Of a stretch of 64,000 nt of DNA, positions 14,301 through 26,300 are shown piece after piece (the first letter of the stretch is position 1; each line of letters opens with the position of its first letter). A program made the translations under genes and the position numbers. The notes beneath the pieces were generated by a model that saw only the letters and a list, made by a program, of their open reading frames with translations, was not told the DNA's origin and ran no database searches. Source of the DNA: Euglena gracilis (taxonomy: Eukaryota); NCBI GenBank assembly GCA_039621445.1, contig CP154954.1, positions 38,177,703-38,241,702 of the forward strand. The letters run 5' to 3'.

Positions 14301-17300
14301 CCACCGGGAAAAGTTTGATTCCCCCCCCCCAATATAAATCTCCTTCCTGGGGGTGTTGAAAGCCCACCCAAATACAGGTCGAATTCACTAAAAAAGTACC
14401 CTCACCCAGTTCACAAAAAAATACCCCCCCCCTGGATGAAATACCTGCAACAGCAGAATAGACACCCCTGATCAACCTGCAACATTTCATTTACCCTCTC
14501 AGCTTTTCTTATGCCCCACAAACTGACCCCGGAGGCCCGTGAGGCTTTGAGGGTGCGGGTTGAGGGATATCTGTGCCAGAATCCACCACTTTCATATGGT
14601 GCCATCATGAAGCTGGAAAATATTTCAAAGAGTACCGTGCAAGGTATGCTCGCATGCAGCCTGTTCATTCCCTTTAATTGGTGACCCTTTCAGGAATGGC
14701 CACGAGGTTCAAATTGAGAGGTACATTGAAGCGAAAAGCAGGAACTGGACTAAAACAAAAGAAATCAGAAGTTTACACATCCAGGTGTGTTTGCAACGCG
14801 AGTAAAATTAGCTACATCTGTCCCTCTGTTCTTAGGTTTCGTCGGCAAATGATCCAACTTGCCCTCAAAAACCCATTTTGGGGGTCCCAGAAAATTGCAA
14901 ATGAGTGGTACACCAGCACAAGAAATGCATTGTTCAACCGCCCACCTGGTGCCGTTGTTCAGGTTTGATGTTATGAAAAAGCAATCCCTTGGGCTTTTAT
15001 CCGCACAGGTGCCACCAAAACCCTCAGCTTCTTTTGTGCGAAGTCTTCTGAAGAAAGGTAGCATGTGCTCTGTTCCGGCTCACCGAAAACCCCTGCTATC
15101 CGGAGGAACAAAAGGATCCGCTTGGACTTCGCCAGACGGCACCTCAGTTTCAATTGGAAGAAAGTCATTTGGTCTGATGAAAAACTTTTCAAAGTTTGAC
15201 CTATGGGGAAAATCAGGTATAGCAACAGGTGACGCCATCTCCCTTTCAATCCACTAACCTTTTGCAGATGTTGGGTCAAAGAAGGCACCAATCGTTACCT
15301 CCCCCAATACATCATTCCGACAGTCAGCCACCCTGAAGGAGTCATGGTGTGGGCAGCCATGTCTTATTCGGGAGCAATCTGCATCAGACGTTGCCCAACA
15401 AATATTGACCAGGTTGAGTACCAACGCATCCTTGGGACTGCCTTAGGATTCATCCGTAGAAGGTGTGAGGGGTTTCTGAATTAGCTTCCTTGTGCACTTG
15501 GCACACCCGCAGGTGCCAAGTGCAAGAGCGCCACCACACAGGGCCTTGTCAACTACAACCTGGCTCCGGCGGAGGAGGATCGAGCGGCTCAACGGAGGGA
15601 CGTGGCCTCCACAATCTCCGGACATGAATCCCATTGAGCACCTGTGGCCAATGGTTCTAACCAAGCTCCGTGGGAGCGTCTTTGCAGGCAAAGACCAACT
15701 GTGGTCAGCTCTGCAGTGCGCTTTTGCTGAGATCACCCCTGAACAAGTACGAACGTTGTATCATAGCATGCCTAATCGCATGAAGGCAGTCATTGCATCG
15801 CGTGGAGGACACACCCGTTATTAGCGTGTGCCAGAGAGGCACAGTGCACCCTCGTCACTGTTCTGTTGCATTGGCATCGCATTGGTAAAGAAAGGTCCGG
15901 ACATTCTGCTCCTCTGCAATTGCAGGTATTTCATCCGGGGGGGGGGGGTATTTTTTTTGTGAACTGGGTGGGGGTACTTTTTTAGTGAATCCGACCTGTA
16001 CAAAGCTGGGGTGCTTTCTTTTTTAAAAGGGGGTTAAACTGCGGGAGCACTTGGAGTTCTGACATATCACCTCAGGCTGACAGAAGCACAGGATCCACAC
16101 CTGCCACCCCGGGCCATGGGCCACCGACCATCACCGCCTCAACCTCCCCCTCCAGCACCGCCACCTCCCCCTCCTCCCCATCGTCCTCCTCCTCCTCGGC
16201 CTCGGCCTCCTCCCTCTCCGCCTCGCCGGGGCCGGGCCTCACCCGGCCCCCCTGCCGCACCCCCGCGCTGTGCACCGGCAGGGGCGGCCCGTGGCGGCAC
16301 GCCGTGAGGTTGGCCAGGCTGGGCCGGCTCCATGCATTTCTTTAAGCACCCGGGGGTCCCAGTCGTGAAAGCCGAGCCCCACAAGTTGCATTTTGTCACG
16401 TTAACGGAAAGCCCACGCTTGTCAGCATCACGGATGAGAGTTCCGATGATATGTATGCAGTTGCGATGCAGATTCCATCAAATGGAGGTTCGGTACATCT
16501 GACGAAGGCCCTCAGCCACCATTGGGGGGGGTACCCATCATACAATTGCTTACCGACCCCCGGGGGGGGGGGGGGTCACTCCACTTTTTTAAAAACCAGT
16601 CAGTCACTCATTTTCAAAAAATCAGCCAGTCACTCCCCCCCCCCCGGGGGGGGGGGGGGGTCGGCCACTCAGAAAAACGGCCACTTTCCAGTCACTTTAG
16701 GCCATTTTAGGCCAAAAAAAATTTTTCCGGCGCCTTCGGCGCCGGGGTCACTCAAGCCACTTTTGCCCACTCCTGGCCGACCCCCCCCCCGGGGGGGGAG
16801 GGGGTCCGGGCCCAAAACCAGTCAGTCACTCTGAAAAAACCAGTCACCCACCCCCGGGGGGGGGGGGACAGTGCTTAAGCAATTGTCTGGTACCCATTTT
16901 GCTGTGTCAGCGGGCTAGGGCTAGAAATTTGCCCTGAGCCTGGGGGGAGGGCTGCAAATGTGCAGCCCTGGCTGTATCTTTGCAGGGCCGGGATGGGCAG
17001 GGTGTTAAGGGAGCAGGTAGGGGTGGTGGGACGGGACCCCCTTCTCCCTGAACAAAAATACTTTCGGCACAAAATGCGGAAAATTTTGGGGGGAGCTTTT
17101 AAAAAAAAAAAAGCCCAAAAAAGCGAGGATTTGCACGTTTTTAGAAAAAGCAGCCAAAATGCCAACAAAAAAAATTATCTTCTCAAGCGAAAAAGGTTGG
17201 AGATTATTATCATTGGTTCTGGGGCAGGGCGGTCCTTAAGCAAAAAAAAAAAAAATCCCGTCCCGGCACAGCCGAGAAATTTTTTTGAAAATCCATGACC

Positions 17301-20300
17301 GAAAAGTGGTCGTATATTGCCCGAAACGGGTCGACTTCGGGAAAAAAAGTGATTCCTGGCACTTTTGGAACATCGCCCATCCGCCCATAGCGTCAAAAAA
17401 TGCGTTTTTCGACTTTTTGGTTTTCGACCCCCGTTCAAGTCCCGGTCGATCCTTGGTCGGGGGGGCGGTCCTTAAGGGGCGGTCCTTAACGAAAAAAAAA
17501 AAACTTCCCGTCCCTTATGGACCGCCCTGTTCTGGGGTCCCCGTCTGGACCCTCCTCCGGGGTGTCTTACCTCCCCCCCCCCGCACAAAACCAATTCGCT
17601 CAATTCGCTTAATACTGCGGCTGGGTCAAATGGGATAATTACTCAAAAAATGAACAGCAAAACACAGCTTTTGAAAAATAAGAGCATCTGACAGCCCCAA
17701 AAGACCCCCAAAAAGTGCCACCCACCCCCAAAAAACCATTTTTGGCCATTTTTGAACACTTTTTCGAGAGAAAAAAACTGGTTCTTTGCAACGAAAATTT
17801 TCGGTGGACCCAGCAAAGGGGGGCCAGCTGGGTTAGCAACAACCTCCCTCCCCTCTGGGAGCAGCTGGGCTGGGCCGAAATCGGGGCTGGCTGCAGCAGC
17901 CCCCCCCCCCGGGGTCTGCAAACCCCTAAAGTGATGCATGGCCGGCTCCGCACCACGATGACGTCGTCGTCCGGGGGGACCTCCTCTGGCAGTCGCCCGG
18001 ACGGCGTGGGCGTCCACTCCGCCGGCCCCGGCGCCCGCTCCCCCGCCGCCCTCCGGGGCCCTGGGGCAGAGACCAGGCGGTTTATTAAGACGGAAGGTCT
18101 GGACTGCCTTTGTTTGCTCACCACTTGCCCAGGGTCAGTGGAACTGAAGTCACTGGAAAAGCCTGATGGGTCTAAACAGTAAACCCAAAAAATACGGTCA
18201 ATGACATGAGTTACGAGGCGGGTGTTGAATCTCACTTGCAAAAAAATAATGCAACATGCTACAGAACAAAAAAGATGAAAAAAAACAGAAACAGCAACAG
18301 CAAGAGAATCAGAACGACAACGCAAAAAAAACCTCCACGCATGCACACACACACACACACACATCCATACACAAGCACACACACCACTCCCAGCCGTCCC
18401 TACCAACGCACTGCTGTCAGCTGCCACCCCCACGCTGCCCTCCGTGTCCCTCTGGTGAGCAGCTCTGCCGCCCTCCGCGTCTATGGGCGCGTCCTCTGGC
18501 CGCCGCCCCGGTTTGGGCGTCCACTCCGCCGGCCCCGGCGGGCGTTCCCCCGCCAGCTGGTGGGGCTCTGGGGCGGGAAAAGCCAGCGTGGCAACGATGC
18601 GAACCGAGAGAAGGGAACTCCCGCAGACGCCTGTCAAAATAACTACCTTTGACAGCGTTCAACGTTCCAAGGTTTGTGTGCGAATGAGAATCCCCCACTC
18701 CCAACCCCCATTCCGGAAGCGGCGTTTGAGACGGACCTGTAAAGCTGTGGGGAAGGGACATACAACCCTGCGGGCTTCGGGTTGTGGCGGGCCCCCAGCA
18801 CCAAACAGGGGGACTTAACAGTGGCCATTGTCATGGGAAATTTACCTGTTTGATCCTGTCCAGAACCCAAAACCGACCTCGGGGAGTTTGCATCCCCCTC
18901 CCCAGGGTGTTGAATGCAGCCCCCTCCCCCCCCCCCGGAGGTCTGGATCTAGGCACATTGGGTGCCAGCCCAGGCAGGTGGGATACAGTTGGCGTTGGCA
19001 ACCCGTTAAAATATAAAATTTATTCAGCCATATAACACATCCAAAATGCAAATATTTTTCAGCGCAAATCTCAGAAAATAGCCCACAAAGAGATCCCCCA
19101 AAAGCAAACTTCACCAAAATTGGAAAAAAGGAGGAAAAGCTGCAAAAAAGGGCGGCTGGATGGTAATAGATTTCGCTTTCGGGGGTACAAAGGTGGGCCA
19201 AAAATGGGCCAAAATGGGTCAAAAAATGGACGAAAATGGGTCGGAAAAAAGCTGTCCAGGACATTTTGGGGGGTAAAAAAAATGTATTTTTTGAATAGTT
19301 GGCAATTTTTTGGACACTTTTTTGCGATTTCGTTGTTTTTTTTTGGTTCTCAGTTTGACCCCAGGTCGGGCCCAGCTCCAGCCTGGGACCCTTATGGGGG
19401 GAGGGTGGGGGGGCGGGGCCATCAGCCTTTTTCCAGCCAGCACAATTTTTCCAGCCTCTGAGCTGGACCGGGGGGGGGGTCCTTGAGCAGTGCCCTGGTC
19501 CGCCCCTTTCTTACCCATTTTTTTTGAAAATTCCAGAGAATTTTTGCAATTACACTTGTTTTCTGCTTTTGTGCTTTTCAAGGCTGGGGCTTCTTGAAAA
19601 GATTGTTTTATTTTTTCCATGGGGGTTACAACAGGGATGGCACCCAGACATCCCAGGATGGAAAAAGGCTGCTGGCTGGAAAAAAGTTGCTGGCTGACTG
19701 GACCCCCCTGGGGCAGGGCAGAATGGGAAGGCCTGGTGGGGGGGCCCCCCCCCCCCCCGCCCACCACAGCATTTTCACTGATTTCGGGAAAACGGGGATT
19801 TTGGCCGGAAAATTTTTGAAAATTTTCTTTGAAAAAGAAACCCAAAATACATGGTTTTTTGATGGAAAACCACATTTTTTCACAAAAAAATATCAAAAAT
19901 TTCAGGGTTAAAAATTGGTAGTTTTTAGGAGGTCCAAAAATTGGTCCAAAAAATTCGGTCCCGGAAATACGGGAAGAGGTGGTGGGGGGGGGGTCGACCC
20001 CCCTCCACCCACCACCCTGGCTGTTTGGCCAATTCCCGTTCTGCCCTGCCCTGGGGGGTGGGGTCGAAATTTCTTAAACAACGCTGTGTGGAAAAAAGTG
20101 CAAAAAGCTGCGTGGGAAAAAAAAATCGACAAACCACCAGAAAAGGATTTTCGCAGTTTGGAACAGTGCAACGAACTAAGAACCCTCAAATTGGAAAGTT
20201 TGGGTCCTGTTCAATAAAAAGTGCCATGTCTGTTCGTAACGGTGAAGCAAGGAGAGGCACATGTTAGCAGGTGCTGATGGATGACTACACTGCTGCAGGG

Positions 20301-23300
20301 CTTCCCCTGACCCCGTCGTCGAGGCCCCTCAACACAGGTGCGCAAGCACGCACACCGCTCCCAGCCAACGCCGCCACCTCTCCGCCCTCGCCCGGCTGCC
20401 GCGCTTCCCCCTGGCCGCCGATCCTGCGAGCAACTCCGCCCCCCTCCGCTCCGCCGCTGCCACCACTGCCACCGCTGCCGTCACTGCCGCCGCCGCCACT
20501 GCCAACACCACCACCACTTCCACCACTGCCGCCACTGCCGCTACTGCTGCCGCCGACGCTGCCACCACTGCCACCACCACTGCCCCCCACCCCAGCGCTG
20601 CCCCCCAGCTGGTAAACCGGCGGCCGCCCTGCCCCACCGGCTGCCAACCCCGGCACGTCCTGCGCCGCCGGCTGCAAGGAGGGCTGAGGGACGATGACTG
20701 AGGCGGGGGTGGGCCAAAAAAAATGCGTTCAAATGACTTTGCCCACTCCCTTCACACTGTGAAAAACATGCACACCGTGAAAAATGATGCGAATTTCTGG
20801 GAAATCGGGAGCGTGCAAGCACAAAAAACACCATTGTTTTGTTGTCCGATAGAAGATTTCAATTTAATAGAACAATTCGTAAAAATTAGCATTTGCACCA
20901 AATTATTTTGGGAAATTGATCCATCAACAGTTTTGTCTGCTGCCTAAATGACTTTTCTGGGGAAGCAAAAAGATCGGTCAACTAACGTTGCAGAGGGCAA
21001 AAGGAGGAGTGTTTGCGAATTGGTGGCTGATGACCCATCCTGCCGGTCCGACGTTTCCCTTGGCAGACAGGCGGAGGGGTTTGTTGAGGGAGCATAGGAG
21101 TGCCTGCGTGCTCCAACCACTGCATTCAGATGGCACCGCAGCAACCTCCACGCCAGTCAACCCCCCCCCTGCAGCAGAAGAGTTCCAGCTCCTCCCTGGG
21201 CGTGGCGGGACGCTCAGCCCACGCTGTGCCTGGCACACCTGCGATGGCGGGCCAAACGACAGGTATTGCACTTGGGTTGCTTGGGCCACCGCTATGCCAA
21301 GGAAGGATGGAAGGGTGCTTGCACCTCTCCTACAATGATATGTGGCAGGTGAGCGCCGCAGAGTGACGCATGGCCATATTTACTGATAGCTTGGGACGGG
21401 CCTCTCGATGCCCCTGTTTGACACCTCCAAAGGAGAGAATCGATTGAAATTACAATCAACAAGAGGTACGATGGCAAGGTCAGCCAACCACATTTTCAAC
21501 CCCCTTGTGGTTATGCGATCTTGTTTGGGGGTTGAATGTGGCAAGGTAGGACTTGTGTGGGGTGTTTACCCACTAAATTATATCCAGGATTTCCCATAAA
21601 CTGGCAAAATTTCTCCACTGTTATTTTCTTGCACAACCATTGCAGATGCATTTTTTGTACTGAGAGGATTATTTTTGACACACTGGTGCTGAATGCCAGG
21701 ATGTTCTTTTGTTGAAAACTCGCCCTGTGGGCACCTTTGCTGGGAAAGTTCTGCAGCGTTTAGCTTGCAAATAAAAAGAAAAGCATCTTGACAGCATCAA
21801 CATATTCAAAAATTAAAGAAAGAATGCTTTCTGCCCCCTCCCCCCCCCGGGTCCCACTCCATCCTAGCACTCAATCAAACAACGAGATGACCCTGGCATT
21901 CATGATATTTGCGATGTATTGGAATGCTGCTGTCCGCGATGTGAGGTGGAAATTTCATAACGTTGTTTGTTCGCTTGTTTACACAAAATGTCAATTCTAT
22001 ACTTAATAGATCTAAAAAAAAATACAGAAAACGTGTTTCCGCAAAATTTCAGGAAAAAGCATTGGCATTGTATTTATCCCAGCCATCGCCAAAACCCAAC
22101 TTTTGCACACCTCCTCCTTGCTCACCCATGGGTGCCATGCCGCCCTCCGTGCCCCTCCACTGAGCAACGTCTTCCTGCTCCGCCCCGTCGCTCCCGTAGA
22201 GGCTGCCACCGCCGCCACTCCCCGGCCCCCCGCCGCCACTGCCGCCACTGCCGCCACTGCCGCGGCCGCTGCCCCCCACCCCCGGCCGGTGTACCGGCGG
22301 CCGCCCCGCCCCGCCCACCGGTGGGGCCGCCGCCGCCACTCCCGGCACACCCCCCGCCGACGACCGCAGGGAGGGCTGGGAAAGGCGGGGGGGGGGCGCT
22401 GGCGGCCGACCCCTCCTTGTGTGATGCGGTGGGACACTTCCCGCAGCACCCACCCCGGGAGACACCTGAGGGGTTGCTTGGGGGTCGCTCCCCCACCCAC
22501 CCCCACCCCCATCCCACCTTCGAAGGTTGTCAGCCCCTCCCTGGGCGGCTGTGTCGGCTGCAGCTCCCATGGTGTGCCTGGCGTGCCTGCAGTGATGGAC
22601 GAGCAGCTCAAAATGGGGGCGTGGTGGCGCACGGGGATGCCCAAACGGACATGGCATACAGCTCAAACAAACTGATCGGAGCAAACAATTTTCAACTGGT
22701 CACCAGCGGTCACTTGGTGGAGGGGACTTAAGCCAGAAACCAGTCAGTTGCACCTCCTGGAGGGGGGGTTGGCCAGCGACCAAATGATTGTATGGATAGC
22801 AGACAGAAATGATCGGAAACCGGCTAATTGTTCTCATTTTTTTGTGAATTGTTCATTGTTTTTTGTGAATTGTTCTCATTTTTTGTGAATTGTCATTTTT
22901 GTGAATTGTTCTGGGCTGTGGACAGGACGGCAATTTCAATGACCAGTTGAAAGGTTGGGGACAAGCCGTCTGCCCCGCCCCCTGGCTCTATGAGAGTCCT
23001 GAGGCGGGAACTGCGTTTTACCTGGGGTCGAACCGGTCCGGAAAATTCGAAATTTGACTCAAAATTTGAGGAGGTTTCCTCATTTCCGGCACAAATTAAA
23101 ATATGACAAGGGAGGGGTCCTGAAGCTGCAAAATCTGCTGGCTGGTTGGACTCCGCTCCAGGGCTCCAGGGCTGGCACTGGACACAGCCCACAACGGCAC
23201 AGCCACACCTGCCGCCCTGGACCACGGGCCACCGCCCATCACCGCCTCAACCTCCCCCTCCAGCACCGCCGCCTCCCCCTCCTCCCCGTCGTCCTCCTCC

Positions 23301-26300
23301 TCCTCGGCCTCGGCCTCCTCCCTCTCCGCCTCGCCGGGGCCGGGCCTTACCCGGCCCCCCTGCCGCACCCCCGCGCTGTGCGCCGGCAGGGGCGGCCCGT
23401 GGCGGCTCGCCGTGAGGTTGGCCAGGCTGGGCCGGCTCCGCACCACGATGACGTCGTCGTCCGGGGGCACCTCCTCCGGCAGCCGTCCGGGCGGCGTGGG
23501 CGTCCACTCTGCCGGCCCCGGCGCCCGCTCCCCCGCCGCCCTCCGGGGCCCTGGGGCGGCAACGATGCGAACTGAGAGAAAGGCGCCAAGCTTTGTCAGA
23601 GCGGTGCCACACCTGCAAGAGGGGTAGCTATTTGCCTGCTCTCTGGGGGTTCCCTCTCCCCTCCCCCACCGCGGCCAGGCGACAGCTTTTAAACCCTTCG
23701 CCGTGACCATTGCACCAATTTTGCGTGTTTTGCGTGTTTTGGTTTCCTTGTTTTGGTCAAATTGCGTCTTGTAAAAATCACTTTGTGCGCAGGTCATTTT
23801 TTGTCCCTATTTTCACATTTTCTGGGTTGTGCACGACCTGTCCAGCGTTGGACAAGGTCGTATGTCATCGAATCAGACAAAAGAGGCAGGAGAGAGCGGT
23901 GCCCTCGATAAAATGGTAACGGGTGATTGGATCCAAGCAATGTTGTTCGAAAAATGGGAAATGAACTCTTTTATTTTGTGTTTGAGAAATTACAAAAAAA
24001 ATATGTCAGAACAGGTCAGAGAATTTTTTATACAAAAAAGCAGAAACAGGAGAACACAAAAAAAAGGGGGAAAAGATGCCAAAAGAACAAATAAAAATCC
24101 ATCAAGGAAGCAATGGACTGGCCGGTGCAGGCGAGGCAAACCGGTTGCGGCCGGAACGGCGGCGGTGCCAGAGCCGGCCAGCGGCCCAGCAGCCCCAGGG
24201 GCGGGCCAAGCGGCGGCCCCTGCTTCGCCGGGATGGGCCGGGCCCTCAGGGTGGGGCACTCCTGTGAGGCGGGGGGGGGGGGGGCACGCCACACGTTGCA
24301 CGGCAGCCCCAAGTCCCTCAGTGCAGTTGACACTTCCAAGCGCTGCGGATCACCTTATCCCCTTGGGCAGGCGAACTGTCCCAAACAGCAGGGGTCCGAA
24401 GAGGCACAATGCCTGAGGACATTGGCCGGAAATGCAAATGTTTCTTCTCGCTTCCTGCGATGACTACGCCTGGCATTGGTTACTGAGTTTTACGAGTACC
24501 ATTTAATCTTATTCCGTTGCATACTAAATAAATTATATGTTTGTATATGTATACATATGGCAGGTGTACCTTTGGATACCCCCCTGGGGGGTATTAAAGT
24601 GGGTTGGCCACCACAAATACCCTGGGGCTGGTGAAGATGAAGGGTCAGGCCATTCTGCGTGATTCCCAAAGGCGGCAGATCAGCAGGGAAAGCAAGATAA
24701 AGACCTCGAACCATACAATTTTTTACCGACCCCCAGGGGGGGGGGGAGGGGGGTCACTCCACTTTTCAAAAAACCAATCAGTCACTTTTTTCGGGAAACC
24801 AGTCACTCACTACCCCCTCCCCGGGGGGGTCGGCCACTCTGGAATCCAAAGGAAATTTTTCCAAAAAATGTAAAAAAGGCCAAAAAAATTTCCGGTGCCT
24901 CCGCGCCAGGTCACTTTAGTGGTTTTTTGCTGACCCCCCCCCCCGGGGGGAGGGGGTCCGGGCCAAAAACCAGTCAGTCGCTCCGAAAAAAGCCAGCCAC
25001 CCACCCGGGGGGGGGGGGGGGTCGGCCAGTGCTTAAGCAATTGCCTGCCTCCAACAGTCGGCCCCACAAAGGGGGGCCCCCACTCGGCCCTCCCTTCATT
25101 TGGGAGACAAAAGGGTGAGTGCCAGGATTTGCGGCAGCGGGCAGCTGGGCCGGCATTTTCGGCCGCAGGCAGGCAGGCGGCTAGGGAGTGGGGCCGAACC
25201 CAGCAGGCCGGCCAGTCCTGACCCTCACCCTGCATCGTCACTAACCCCAGGGTACCCGTGGCCAACCAAGTGTCCACTTCGATACCCCCCAGGGGGGAGG
25301 GAGTATCCAAAACTAATCTGCGGTTTGAAAAATAAAGGGACCTGAATAACAAGGTGTTGGAGGTTTGGCACGCATATGAAATTTCAGGGAATTACCACGC
25401 TTTGCTGACAAAAAGTGGCTTAATTAAAGACTCAAGCCGCTCCTCTCCCCACACACCGCTTCCGGCCAGCGCAGTCCACACTCCGCCCTCACCTGCCTGC
25501 GGCACGCCACCCTCCGCTTCACCCTGAGCAGCTTCGCCCCCGTCCGTCCCGTCGCTGTCGTGGATGCGGCCCCCGCCCCCGCCGCTGCCCCCCACCCCTG
25601 GCCGGTGTACCGGTGGCCGCCCTGCCAGGCCGCCCACTGGCGGCACTCCGACCGCCCCCGGCACGCCCCCGGCCGCCGTCGCCCACAGAGAGGGCTGGAG
25701 GGCAGTGTTGAAACCCGACGGTGGCGGTCCTCAATGCCTCGCCTCTGGCCACGTCAACCCCCGACTGGTGGAAGGCAGTCGTTGGGTGTTTGGGGGCACC
25801 GTGCCGCTGTGCTGGTGCAGTGGCAACGGTTGTGCTGTAAGCCCTTTCCCTCCCCTTCTTGCCCCTTGCCTCCCCACCTCAGCCACTGACCGTTCAGACT
25901 GGTAAAGGTGGCCAGCGGCAATGCACAGGCCGACCAACTCACCACGCAACACCCTACCACGCCCCCTCTGCCGCCGGCAGATCCCCAGCCTCTCCCTGGG
26001 CGTTGGTGCACCCGTCGCTCTCGATGCCCCACCCAGTGCACCTGCGAATGGAGCGGAAGTGAAACCGGTTCAAGTAGACTTGGAATCGCCAACGGAAAGC
26101 GTGAAGCGGGTGACACAGCGGGGCTGAGTTTGTGCTTCTGATTCCAAAGTCTAATGAATGAAATGTCAGAAGTGGGCCGGAGGGAACCGGCAGCCCAGGG
26201 CCGGCGTGGGCGGCGAACACACCTTCGCCCTCCCACGGCTGCGGCACTCCGCCGCGGAGGTCGCCCCACTGCCCAGCTCCACCTCCCTCCGCTCCGGCGC

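Noticed and set aside
20715-20990. Further MITE-introns in WX exons (here and at ~32665-33043)
   Set aside because: Terminal pairing and TSD remnants are weak and the joins need extra corrections
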